The position numbers were made by a program, and so were the translations under genes. A stretch of 16,340 bases of DNA from positions 1-16,340 of the forward strand of contig JBBIPN010000026.1 in NCBI GenBank assembly GCA_037442825.1. Reading direction: 5' to 3'. The stretch's first letter is position 1, and each line of letters opens with the position of its first letter. Positions 1 to 8,650 of this stretch are shown here, piece after piece. This DNA is from Sulfurihydrogenibium sp. GTDB taxonomy: Bacteria > Aquificota > Aquificia > Aquificales > Hydrogenothermaceae. Below the pieces are notes generated by a model. That model had not been told where the DNA came from and did no database searches. It was given only the letters and a program-made list of their open reading frames with translations.

Positions 1-124
1 AACATTACTATATAATTCTTAAATCAAAAGCATTAAATTTTTCCACATTCATATATAACTTAAAAAAATTAAAAATCTGACAAAAGAAAAATATTATATT
101 CTTAAATATTATAAGTCTCTAAAA

Positions 125-133
125 TGCTATAAT
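125..133 (+). promoter_or_regulatory. Putative extended -10 promoter (TGcTATAAT) for htrA-sigma
   Basis: Perfect TGnTATAAT about 30 nt upstream of ATG 165, followed by SD-like AAGGTG at about 150-155; no clear -35. Confidence 0.55.
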
Positions 134-164
134 ATTATTATGCTGTTAAAAGGTGTAAATATAG

Positions 165-1199
165 ATGGATGAGAAAGAATATATTTATAAAACATTTAAG
201 CTATACTTAATTACTTTTTTACTTTTAGTGGTATCTTGCGAACAAAAGAAAGAGAAAGATACCGTTACACTTCTGCAAGATAGGATACAAAACGTTATAA
301 ATCAAACACATCCATCTATAGTTACTATACTCTCAAAAAAAGAAAAAAGTAATTTAAGTTTTAAAGATTTTGATGATGAGTCTGTTGGTTCAGGATTTGT
401 AGTTAAAAAAACGCCAAATTATCTTTATATAGCAACTAATACTCATGTAATAGAAAAATACAATAACGTTTATGTAAGGTTTTACAATGATAGAGTAATG
501 AAAGGTGAAATTGTTGGGATAGATGATAAAACTGATATTGCTGTAATAAGAGTAAAACTTTTACATATAAACCATAATATAAAACCTTTAAAGTTTGAAA
601 AAAAGGAAAATATAAAACCTGGTGTATTTGTTTTAGCTGTTGGAAGTCCTTATAACCTTGGACATAGCTATTCATTTGGAATTATTTCAGCGGTTGATAG
701 AGACCTTGGGATAACAGATATTGAAGGGTATATTCAAACAGATGCTGCAATCAATCCAGGTGATTCTGGAGGTCCACTTTTAAATCTTTATGGTAAAGTA
801 GTAGGAATGAACATAGCAACAGTACAAACGGGACAAGGTTTAGGTTTTGCAATACCGACAGAAATTTTAGAAGATATAACAAATCAACTTATAAAATATG
901 GCAAAGTCGTGAGAGGTTGGATAGGATTAAAAGTAGTAGATTTGTCAGAAGAAATAAGAGAAAGAACAAATACAGAGGAAGGAGTTATTGTTTTAAAGAT
1001 AGAAAAAAATAGTCCTTCTTCAAATACTGGCTTAAGTGTAGGTGATATTATAACAAAAGTAAATGGGATTTCAGTTAAAAACTCACGAGAGTTTAAAAAG
1101 ATAATCAATATGGTAAAACCAGGAGAGATGATAGAGTTAGAAGTACTAAACATAAAAGGAAAAAAGACGATAACAATAATAGCAGTAGAAAAAAATTAA
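165..1199 (+). CDS. htrA: HtrA/DegS/DegQ-family serine protease with one PDZ domain, probable lipoprotein
   Basis: GSGFVV, TNTHVI (His), DKTDIAV (Asp), IQTDAAINPGDSGGPL (Ser), GLGFAIP, RGWIG and a single C-terminal PDZ. The hydrophobic N-terminus ends in a lipobox-like LVVSC (Cys25). Confidence 0.93.
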   Translation: MDEKEYIYKTFKLYLITFLLLVVSCEQKKEKDTVTLLQDRIQNVINQTHPSIVTILSKKEKSNLSFKDFDDESVGSGFVVKKTPNYLYIATNTHVIEKYNNVYVRFYNDRVMKGEIVGIDDKTDIAVIRVKLLHINHNIKPLKFEKKENIKPGVFVLAVGSPYNLGHSYSFGIISAVDRDLGITDIEGYIQTDAAINPGDSGGPLLNLYGKVVGMNIATVQTGQGLGFAIPTEILEDITNQLIKYGKVVRGWIGLKVVDLSEEIRERTNTEEGVIVLKIEKNSPSSNTGLSVGDIITKVNGISVKNSREFKKIINMVKPGEMIELEVLNIKGKKTITIIAVEKN

Positions 1200-1211
1200 A
1201 GATGGTGGAGT

Positions 1212-2072
1212 GTGAAGAGATTTAAACACGAAGAGAATGTAGATTACTATTTAAAAAGAATTTATAACATTCCTCTACTATCTGAAGAAGAAGAGAAAGC
1301 ACTACTGAAAAAAGTTAAAGAAGGAGATAAGGAAGCTTTAAAAAAAATTGTTTTATCCAATCTAAGATTTGTTATAAATATCGCTAAAAGATATACTGGT
1401 TATAGTGTTCTTTTTTCTGATCTAATTGCTGCTGGAAATTTAGGACTTATAGAAGCAGCAAAGAAATATGATATATCAAAAAGTGTTAGATTTATATCCT
1501 ATGCTGTTTGGTGGATAAAACAATCTATATTTAATACTATTAATTTAGAAGGAGAGCTTATAAGAAAACCAAATAAAGTTCAAAATTTTAATTCTAAAAT
1601 TAATTATGCATACAAAAATTTAAAAGAAAAACTTGATAGAGAACCAGACAGTGAAGAGATTTTTAATTATCTAAAAGAACAAGGTATTAATAACATTGAT
1701 ATCGAAATAATTGAAGACTATCTTACATTTAAAAATATTTTTTTATCATTAGACAGTCCATTAAATGATAGTGATAATGATTTTATACTTGAAGATATTT
1801 TATCTATACATGGAACAAAAGATATAGAAGAAGAAATTCATAAAGAAGAAATACAAAAAGCTATTAATAGCTTGATAGAAAGTTTATCTAAAAGAGAACA
1901 GCTGATTTTGATACATAGATTTGGGCTACATGGTGAAGAACCTAAGACATTAGAAGAAGTAGGAAAAAGAATAGGAATATCAAGAGAAAGAGTAAGGCAG
2001 ATAGAAAAAAGATTATTAAAAAAATTAAGAAAAGAAGCAAGAGTAAAAAAGTTAGAAGATTTAATCAGTTAG
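1212..2072 (+). CDS. Sigma-70 family RNA polymerase sigma factor, RpoS/RpoD-like, lacking region 1.1
   Basis: Region 1.2 YLKRIYNIPLLSEEEE; region 2 NLRFVINIAKRY...GNLGLIEAAKKYD...RFISYAVWWIKQSI; region 3 SLDSPL; region 4.2 TLEEVGKRIGISRERVRQIE. GTG start with a poorly spaced SD. Confidence 0.92.
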   Translation: MKRFKHEENVDYYLKRIYNIPLLSEEEEKALLKKVKEGDKEALKKIVLSNLRFVINIAKRYTGYSVLFSDLIAAGNLGLIEAAKKYDISKSVRFISYAVWWIKQSIFNTINLEGELIRKPNKVQNFNSKINYAYKNLKEKLDREPDSEEIFNYLKEQGINNIDIEIIEDYLTFKNIFLSLDSPLNDSDNDFILEDILSIHGTKDIEEEIHKEEIQKAINSLIESLSKREQLILIHRFGLHGEEPKTLEEVGKRIGISRERVRQIEKRLLKKLRKEARVKKLEDLIS

Positions 2073-3226
2073 TTATTGAATTTTTGTTTTTTATATAGTT
2101 GATAAACTAAGCCCATCCAAAAGCTAAAAAATCCCCATATTGCAAATGTAGAAAAATTTGATTCAAAAAAACCAGAAATTAGTAAATCAATCCATCCTAA
2201 GAATACAGACAAAGAGAAAGATGCTAATAATTTATCTTCTGATTTAATAAATATTCTAAAATACTTAATCATAAAGTATACTGATAAGCTAATAAAAATA
2301 AGAAATCCTATAAATCCTTTTTCTGCAAATATTGTTAAATAAACATTATGACAATGTGAAGTATTATCTACAAGGCCTTTTTCATAGTATGTAATTAGAT
2401 AACCACTAATTTCACCAACTCCATAAATGGGGTTTTTAGAAACTATATCAATACAAGCATTCCAAAAATTTATTCTTAAATCTAAATGAGAATAACCATT
2501 ATAACTTTCAATAAAACTTTCACCAATTCTATCTTTTACAGAAGGAAGTATGAAATATATAGCTAAAAGTACAAGAAAAAAACCTTTTAAAAGCTTTTTG
2601 GATAAATTTTCCTCTGTATATCTTATTAAAAATAATAAAATTATTTCTACGAAAATAAAACTTATCCAGTAAGTTCTACTATAACTAAGTACAAGTCCTA
2701 CCATTAAAAGTAGAGTAGTTATAATATACTTACTGCTATGAAAAATAGCTAATGTTATAGATATTATTAAAACTAAAGAGATATATCCTGCATATTGTAA
2801 ATGGTTACCAAAATATCCTATCATATGATCATTTTCAAATAAGTTTCTGACAAAAGGAAAATTAAAATACATTATCAAAATGGCATGAAAAATCACAAAT
2901 ACATTAACTGTAAAAAGTACTTTTAAAAATTTTTCTATATCTAATTTTTCTACATTTAATAAAGATGCAAGACTATAAGGTAGCTTATCAAAAATATTGT
3001 CTAATGATTTCAGTGAAAATGTTTTATTTAATATATTTGAAATTATTTCCCAAAAATAGTAAAAAATAAAAAATAAAAAATCTTTTGGAAATTTTTTTAA
3101 GCTTTTTTTTATATTTAATAAGAAAACAATAATAAGTATACCTATCATAATGTTTGTTAATGAAATAGATAGTGCAGAAGATATAGCAAAAAGGTAAAGA
3201 AAATAAACACTAAATTTGTATCTCAT
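2069..3226 (-). CDS. O-antigen ligase family (WaaL/Wzy_C) polytopic membrane protein
   Basis: Many hydrophobic segments with GYFGNHLQYAGY, SYSRTYW, RINFW, PIYGVG and HCHNVYL...EKGFIG motifs typical of Wzy_C/WaaL. Confidence 0.85.
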   Translation of the reverse strand: MRYKFSVYFLYLFAISSALSISLTNIMIGILIIVFLLNIKKSLKKFPKDFLFFIFYYFWEIISNILNKTFSLKSLDNIFDKLPYSLASLLNVEKLDIEKFLKVLFTVNVFVIFHAILIMYFNFPFVRNLFENDHMIGYFGNHLQYAGYISLVLIISITLAIFHSSKYIITTLLLMVGLVLSYSRTYWISFIFVEIILLFLIRYTEENLSKKLLKGFFLVLLAIYFILPSVKDRIGESFIESYNGYSHLDLRINFWNACIDIVSKNPIYGVGEISGYLITYYEKGLVDNTSHCHNVYLTIFAEKGFIGFLIFISLSVYFMIKYFRIFIKSEDKLLASFSLSVFLGWIDLLISGFFESNFSTFAIWGFFSFWMGLVYQLYKKQKFNN

Positions 3227-4274
3227 TCATTACCTTTATAAATATATCATTTTCTTCTTTTCTACCTATGGAAACTCTTATACAGTTTTCAAGTTTGGTG
3301 AGATGTGACATATTTCTTGTTAAAACACCTTTTTCTATAAGTTTTTTATGTATTAAATTACCATCTTCTACTCTCATTAAGAAAAAGTTTGCATCTGATG
3401 GATATACTTTTATTTTGTCTATTTTTGATATTTCTTTCATAACTCTTTCTCTCTCTTCTTTTACTACTTTTATCTGATATTTAATTTCGTCTAAACCTTC
3501 TGTTAATACTACTGTACCTATTACTTGTGTAGGATAGGTTATATTAAAAGGTAAACGAGCTTTATTTATCTCTTGAGCTGTTTCTTTTTTTGCTATTAGA
3601 TATCCAAGTCTAATAGAAGCAAGTCCAATTTTTGACATTGTTCGTAAAACTACAACATTATCGTACTCTAAAGCTTCTTTTATAAAACTCTCTTTATCTG
3701 AAAAATGTGTATAAGCTTCATCAATAACTGTAAATATACCACTCTTTATTGTGTATAAAATTAAATCTCTATTAAAGCTATTTCCAGTAGGATTGTTTGG
3801 AGAAGCAAAGAAAACAATATCTGGATTTTTTGATAATGCTTTATCTATCTCTTTTTTTGTTAATTGAAAATTTTCATCTAATAAAAATTCTACTTTTGGT
3901 CTTCCAACAACATCAGAAGATACTTGATACATTGGAAAAGTAGGTATTGGATACATTACTGAATTTTTAATATTCCCAACAACAGTTATAAGTAAATGAA
4001 TAAGCTCATCAGAACCATTTCCAAGAACTAAATTTTCTGGAGATATTTTTACACCTTCTAAGTTATATACAAAATTAGATATAACTTCTTTTAACTGTGT
4101 TTGATGTGGATCAGGATACCTTTGAAACTCAATTTTAACAATTTCTTTTAATATTTTTTCTTTAAGTTCTTTTGAAATGTCAAAAGGACTTTCATTTGAA
4201 GATAGTTTTATTTTACAAGGTGTAGTTTCTGTTTTGTAAGCTTTTAGACCTTTTAATCTTTCTAAGTATCTCAT
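3210..4274 (-). CDS. hisC: Histidinol-phosphate aminotransferase
   Basis: KLSSNESP, RYPD, GNGSDELI, SPNNPTG, DEAY and the PLP-lysine motif RTMSKIGLASIRLGY. Confidence 0.95.
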   Translation of the reverse strand: MRYLERLKGLKAYKTETTPCKIKLSSNESPFDISKELKEKILKEIVKIEFQRYPDPHQTQLKEVISNFVYNLEGVKISPENLVLGNGSDELIHLLITVVGNIKNSVMYPIPTFPMYQVSSDVVGRPKVEFLLDENFQLTKKEIDKALSKNPDIVFFASPNNPTGNSFNRDLILYTIKSGIFTVIDEAYTHFSDKESFIKEALEYDNVVVLRTMSKIGLASIRLGYLIAKKETAQEINKARLPFNITYPTQVIGTVVLTEGLDEIKYQIKVVKEERERVMKEISKIDKIKVYPSDANFFLMRVEDGNLIHKKLIEKGVLTRNMSHLTKLENCIRVSIGRKEENDIFIKVMNEIQI

Positions 4275-5192
4275 TTATGCTCCTACAGTTTGTTTTTTAG
4301 TTTTTTCTTTTAATATTTTCTCAACTTCCAATATTAAAGGTGCAGCTACATATATTGAAGAATAGGTTCCAAAAATAATTCCTATCAGTAAAGCCAACGC
4401 AAAATTTTGTAACGATTCTCCACCAAAAAAGTATAAAGCAATCACAGCAAATAAAGCTGTTCCTGACGTTATTACTGTTCTTGCTAAATTTTCGTTTATA
4501 CTTCTATTTATTAAACTTTCCATATTTTTTCTTCCGCGAACTTTAATATTCTCTCTAATTCTATCAAAAATAATTATAGTATCGTTTAAGGAGTATCCAA
4601 GAACTGTTAATATTGCAGCTATAACTGTTAGGTCTATCTCTTTGTTAAGTAATGAAAAAACTCCAAATGTTATAATTGCATCATGAAAAAGTGGAATAAT
4701 TGCAGCTATAGCAAAAATAGGTTCATATCTATATCCAACAAAGAGTAATATCCCAATCATAACCATAATAATTGAGTAAATACTTGCTTTTGCCATTTCA
4801 CTCCCAACAAGTGCATCAATAAACTCAACTTTTCTTACTTCGTACTGATATTTTCCATCAAGAGCTTTTTTAACTTTTTCAAGAACAATAGAAGAACTTC
4901 CTTTTTTGACAGGTACTCTTATATCAACTTCATTTTTATTTGTTCCTACTTCTTGAATTAAAGCATCATCTAAGCCTACTTCTTTAAGTGATAATCTAAT
5001 CTGAGATACTTTAATTTGCTGATTAAACTTTATCTGTATTGATGTTCCACCAGTAAAATCAAGTCCAAGGTTAAATCCTTTTGTAAAAAACAGTCCTAAA
5101 CTCAAAATTAGCAAACTTAAAGAAAATAAATAACCAAGTTTTCTTATTTTTAAAAAATCAATATTTGGTGGTTCTACAAAAAGATTTCTCAT
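4275..5192 (-). CDS. secF: Protein translocase subunit SecF
   Basis: GLDFTGG, GYSLNDTIIIFDRIREN, RTVITS, GTYSS; lies directly downstream of secD. Confidence 0.97.
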   Translation of the reverse strand: MRNLFVEPPNIDFLKIRKLGYLFSLSLLILSLGLFFTKGFNLGLDFTGGTSIQIKFNQQIKVSQIRLSLKEVGLDDALIQEVGTNKNEVDIRVPVKKGSSSIVLEKVKKALDGKYQYEVRKVEFIDALVGSEMAKASIYSIIMVMIGILLFVGYRYEPIFAIAAIIPLFHDAIITFGVFSLLNKEIDLTVIAAILTVLGYSLNDTIIIFDRIRENIKVRGRKNMESLINRSINENLARTVITSGTALFAVIALYFFGGESLQNFALALLIGIIFGTYSSIYVAAPLILEVEKILKEKTKKQTVGA

Positions 5193-5201
5193 TTTCTTCT
5201 C

Positions 5202-6740
5202 CTAAACTGCATATTTAAAGTATTTTTTACCGCCAAGTACTAAATCTAACATCATTTTAGTTAAAAATACTGCTGTAAATAGGTTTATAAATGTACCGAT
5301 GGATAAAGTAGCTGCAAAACCTTTTAAAGGTGCATTACCAAACTCTAAAAGTGCTATTGCTGCTATTATTACTGTTATATGAGAATCAAAAACAGCATTG
5401 AAACCTCTTTTAAAACCTTCTTCTATAGCTACTCTCAATGTTTTTCCATTTCTCAACTCTTCTTTTATTCTCTCAAATATTACCACGTTACCATCTACAC
5501 CCATACCAATATTTAAAATAATACCTGCTATACCTGGTAACGTTAATGTGATATCAAAAATTAACATTGTAACCCAGAGTAAAAGTAAGTTAAATATCAA
5601 CGCTATTACAGAAATAAATCCAGCAACAACATATCTTAGTATCATAAATAGACCAACTAAAACAAAAGAAACTATTCCAGCTGTTAATGTTTTGTCTATT
5701 GATTCTTTACCAAGGGTAGGACCTATTACTGTTTCTTCAACTATTTCAACAGGTGCAGGTAAAGCTCCTGCCCTTAACACTACAGCTAAATCGTTTGCTT
5801 CCTCTGTTGTAAATCTTCCAGTAATCTGCCCTGAAGAGCTTATTCTTGACCTTATAACAGGTGCAGACATAACTTTTCCATCAAGAACTATAGCAAGCCT
5901 TTTACCTATCATTTTTTGAGTTGCTTCCCCAAAGATTTCAGCTCCTTCAGATGTAAGTTCAAAGTTTACAGCTGGATTTCCAGATTGATCTGTTGAAACT
6001 CTTGCATCTTTTAGCATTGCACCTGTTATTACAGGTTGTTTTTTAACTAAAAACCATTCTTTTATACTTTTAGAATCTACTACTTCTTCTTGTCCTTCTA
6101 AAACTTCTAACTCTTCAGCTAAACCATTTGGATAATCTTTTAATAGCTCTTCTTTTGATAAAGCTGAATTTACAACTTCTTTTAACTCAAGTTGGGCAGT
6201 TTTACCTATTATTGATTTTGCTCTACTTAGATCTACTACACCTGGTATCTCAACTAAAACTCTATCTTTTCCTTTTTGTGCTATATTTGCTGATAATGTA
6301 CCAAATTGATCAATCCTATTTCTCAAGGTTTCGACTGCTTGTTTCATAGTTTGAGTCTTTATTCTACTTAGTTCCCAATCTGTAAATTTAACTATGATGT
6401 TTCCTTCTCTCTCTTCAAAAACTATCTGAGGAAAATCTTTTTTTAAAATTTGAGAAGCATTATTTGTTTTTGTAGGATCAAGGAGAGATATTAACAATGT
6501 CTGATTATCTACTTTATAACTTAAAACTTCTATATTATTTTCTTTAAATTTTTTTTCTATATCCTTCCCTAAATGTAGATATTGATCATTTATAACTTTA
6601 TCTATATCTACTTTTAAAGTGATGCTTACACCACCTTGTACATCTAAACCTAATTTTGGTTGTTTAGTAAACATTACATAAATTGAACCTACAACTAAAA
6701 GAAAAACAATAATTAGCTTTATTTTTATGTCTATTTTCAA
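5202..6740 (-). CDS. secD: Protein translocase subunit SecD
   Basis: KLGLDVQGG, RVLVEIPG, LRAGALPAP, GPTLG, TLPGIAGIILNIGMGVDGNVVIFERIKEE. TTG start preceded by AAGGAG at 7 nt spacing. Confidence 0.97.
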   Translation of the reverse strand: MKIDIKIKLIIVFLLVVGSIYVMFTKQPKLGLDVQGGVSITLKVDIDKVINDQYLHLGKDIEKKFKENNIEVLSYKVDNQTLLISLLDPTKTNNASQILKKDFPQIVFEEREGNIIVKFTDWELSRIKTQTMKQAVETLRNRIDQFGTLSANIAQKGKDRVLVEIPGVVDLSRAKSIIGKTAQLELKEVVNSALSKEELLKDYPNGLAEELEVLEGQEEVVDSKSIKEWFLVKKQPVITGAMLKDARVSTDQSGNPAVNFELTSEGAEIFGEATQKMIGKRLAIVLDGKVMSAPVIRSRISSSGQITGRFTTEEANDLAVVLRAGALPAPVEIVEETVIGPTLGKESIDKTLTAGIVSFVLVGLFMILRYVVAGFISVIALIFNLLLLWVTMLIFDITLTLPGIAGIILNIGMGVDGNVVIFERIKEELRNGKTLRVAIEEGFKRGFNAVFDSHITVIIAAIALLEFGNAPLKGFAATLSIGTFINLFTAVFLTKMMLDLVLGGKKYFKYAV

Positions 6741-6767
6741 ATCTTTACTCCTTAGATTTTTTAATAT

Positions 6768-6776
6768 ATTTTATCA
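6768..6776 (-). promoter_or_regulatory. Putative extended -10 promoter (TGaTAAAAT) for the secDF-hisC-ligase operon
   Basis: The minus strand reads TGATAAAAT about 15 nt upstream of the secD SD. Confidence 0.5.
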
Positions 6777-6799
6777 TTTTTGAGAAAATTTCATTAGTG

Positions 6800-6805
6800 T
6801 ATAAT
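6800..6805 (+). promoter_or_regulatory. Putative -10 box (TATAAT) for the kup remnant-coaBC unit
   Basis: Consensus TATAAT upstream of the GGAG SD (6835-6838). TTGAGA at 6780-6785 is only 14 nt away, so the -35 is doubtful. Confidence 0.35.
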
Positions 6806-6847
6806 AAATTATTTAAAATTGGTTTTTAATTGGTGGAGATTTTAAAA

Positions 6848-7475
6848 GTGAATACAAAAACTCATGAAAAATTATCTATTAGCAATGTTATAAAAGCGTT
6901 TGGTACTGTTTTTGGAGATATTGGTACCAGTCCACTTTATACCTTTGCAGTAATAGTTGCCTTTACAAAACCAAACCAAAATGAAATCATAGGTATTGCT
7001 TAATAAAGCAATGGATTTAAGTAAATTTATTAAAAACTTCTCTAAAATTTACTCTACAAGATATAAAATAAAAGGTTGTGCTGTATTTTTAGTAAGAAAT
7101 CCTGAAAGGGTTCCACCTTATATTGTTGAAACAGTTATAAAACATGGAATAGTTTATGAAGATAACATATTTTTATCTTTAGAAAAGGCAGATAAACCTT
7201 TTGGTATAGAAAGTTCTTTTGCTAAAGATTTATGTAAAGGTATAAGATATGCAGTTATAAAGTATGGTTATCAAGAAATAGTAAATGTAGAAAAAAAGTT
7301 AAGAAATTTAGATATTAATGAAAGATTAGTTTTTTATAGAGTTGATAATGTATACTCTGAAAATTTAATTCGGAAGTTATTTGGTTTAATAAAAAAAATT
7401 TTCTCCAACTTTACTGAATTTTATAAATTACCACCCAAAAAAGTTTATGAGGTTGTTGTTAGGATTGAGATATGA
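6848..7475 (+). pseudogene. kup: KUP/HAK/KT potassium transporter, internally deleted and frameshifted
   Basis: 6848-7003 translates as MNTKTHEKLSISNVIKAFGTVFGDIGTSPLYTFAVIVAFTKPNQNEIIGIA*, containing the KUP signature GDIGTSPLY, with SD GGAG. It joins out of frame to 6996-7475, which resembles the KUP C-terminal cytoplasmic domain (KGCAVFL...VPPYIV...KHGIVYEDNIFLSL...KPF, YGYQE, FYKLP). Almost all TM helices are missing. Confidence 0.88.
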
Positions 7476-8650
7476 AAAATAAAAATATACTTTTAGGCGT
7501 TTGTGGATCAATAGCAAGTTATAAAGCTTGTGATATTGTTAGATATTTTCAAAAGAAAGGTTTTAATGTAAAAGTTTGTCTTACTCCTGAAGCAGAAGAA
7601 TTTGTAGGAAAATTAACATTCCAAGCTTTAACAAATTATGATGTTTTTTCAAGCTGGAAAGATGGTAAAACTGGTTTAGAACATATATATTTAGCCAGAT
7701 GGGCTGATGTATTTTTAATAGCTCCAGCAACAGCAAATACAATAGCAAAATTAAGATTTGGTATAGCTGATAATTTTCTAACATCTACAGCATTAGCTTA
7801 TGATAAACCACTTGTTATAGCTCCAGCAATGAATACGAAAATGCTAGAAAATCCAGCAACTATAGAAAATATAAATGTATTAAAAGAAAGAGGAAATATA
7901 TTTGTATCTCCCTGTGAAGGTGTTTTAGCATGTGGAGAAGAGGGAGTAGGAAAACTTGCAGATATAGATGACATAGATTTAGCTGTAAAGTATGCTTTAT
8001 ACTCAAAAGATTTAAAAGGGAAAAAAGTCCTTATAACAGCAGGGGGAACACGAGAGTTTTTTGACCCTATCAGATTTATATCAAACGCATCTTCAGGTCA
8101 AATGGGATATAGTTTAGCAAAAGAATGTTATGGGTTTGGTGCTGATGTTTTAGTAATATCTGCCCCAACGTGTTTAAAACTACCATCTCAGATAAAAAAG
8201 ATAGATATAGTTTCTGCTCAAGATATGTTTAATGTAATAAAAGATATATATAAAGATTTTGATATTATTATTATGAATGCAGCTGTAGCAGATTTTAAAC
8301 CAGCTTTTTACAGTAAAGAAAAATTAAAGAAAAATAAAGAGAATCCAGTTGTTGAACTTTCTCCAAATCCTGATATACTGAAATTTTTAGGTGAAAACAA
8401 AAGAGAAAATCAAATACTTGTAGGTTTTGCAGCAGAAAGTGAAAACATAATAAAAAATACTACTGAAAAACTTAACAAAAAAAATCTTGATACCATTATA
8501 GCAAACCCTGTGAAAGTATTTAATAAAGATGTTTACGAAGGTACGATAATTTTTAAAAACAGCAGCAGAAAAGAGATAAAAGCAAAAAATAAAGAAGATG
8601 CTGCATTTGAAATTGTAAAAAGTATTGTTGATTTAATTAGAATGTTTTAA
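7472..8650 (+). CDS. coaBC: Bifunctional phosphopantothenoylcysteine decarboxylase/synthetase CoaBC
   Basis: GVCGSIASYK, EHIYLARWAD, IAPATANTIAK, APAMN, LACGEEGVGKL, LITAGGTREFFDPIRFISNASSGQMG, NAAVADF, VGFAAES. Confidence 0.97.
   Translation: MKNKNILLGVCGSIASYKACDIVRYFQKKGFNVKVCLTPEAEEFVGKLTFQALTNYDVFSSWKDGKTGLEHIYLARWADVFLIAPATANTIAKLRFGIADNFLTSTALAYDKPLVIAPAMNTKMLENPATIENINVLKERGNIFVSPCEGVLACGEEGVGKLADIDDIDLAVKYALYSKDLKGKKVLITAGGTREFFDPIRFISNASSGQMGYSLAKECYGFGADVLVISAPTCLKLPSQIKKIDIVSAQDMFNVIKDIYKDFDIIIMNAAVADFKPAFYSKEKLKKNKENPVVELSPNPDILKFLGENKRENQILVGFAAESENIIKNTTEKLNKKNLDTIIANPVKVFNKDVYEGTIIFKNSSRKEIKAKNKEDAAFEIVKSIVDLIRMF

Noticed and set aside
89..138. AAATATTATA direct repeat (89-98, 104-113) and AATATTAT (131-138) upstream of htrA as a possible operator
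   Set aside because: Pure A/T sequence in a very AT-rich intergenic region, so plausibly chance.
169..210. Alternative frame MRKNIFIK... looks like a better signal-peptide n-region for HtrA (possible 1-nt frameshift)
   Set aside because: ATG 165 has better SD spacing and gives an intact ORF; the alternative cannot be supported without homologues or reads.
1197..1214. htrA and the sigma gene are in the same frame separated by one TAA (possible readthrough fusion)
   Set aside because: One-in-three chance, TAA is rarely read through, and an exported protease fused to a cytoplasmic sigma factor is topologically implausible.
3092..3110. T7 and T8 homopolymer runs near the 5' end of the O-antigen ligase as a phase-variation tract
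   Set aside because: A/T runs of 7-8 nt are common across this window, including in housekeeping genes, and the frame is intact.
5398..5919. 173-aa + strand ORF inside secD
   Set aside because: Antisense shadow of a conserved gene with no recognisable motif.
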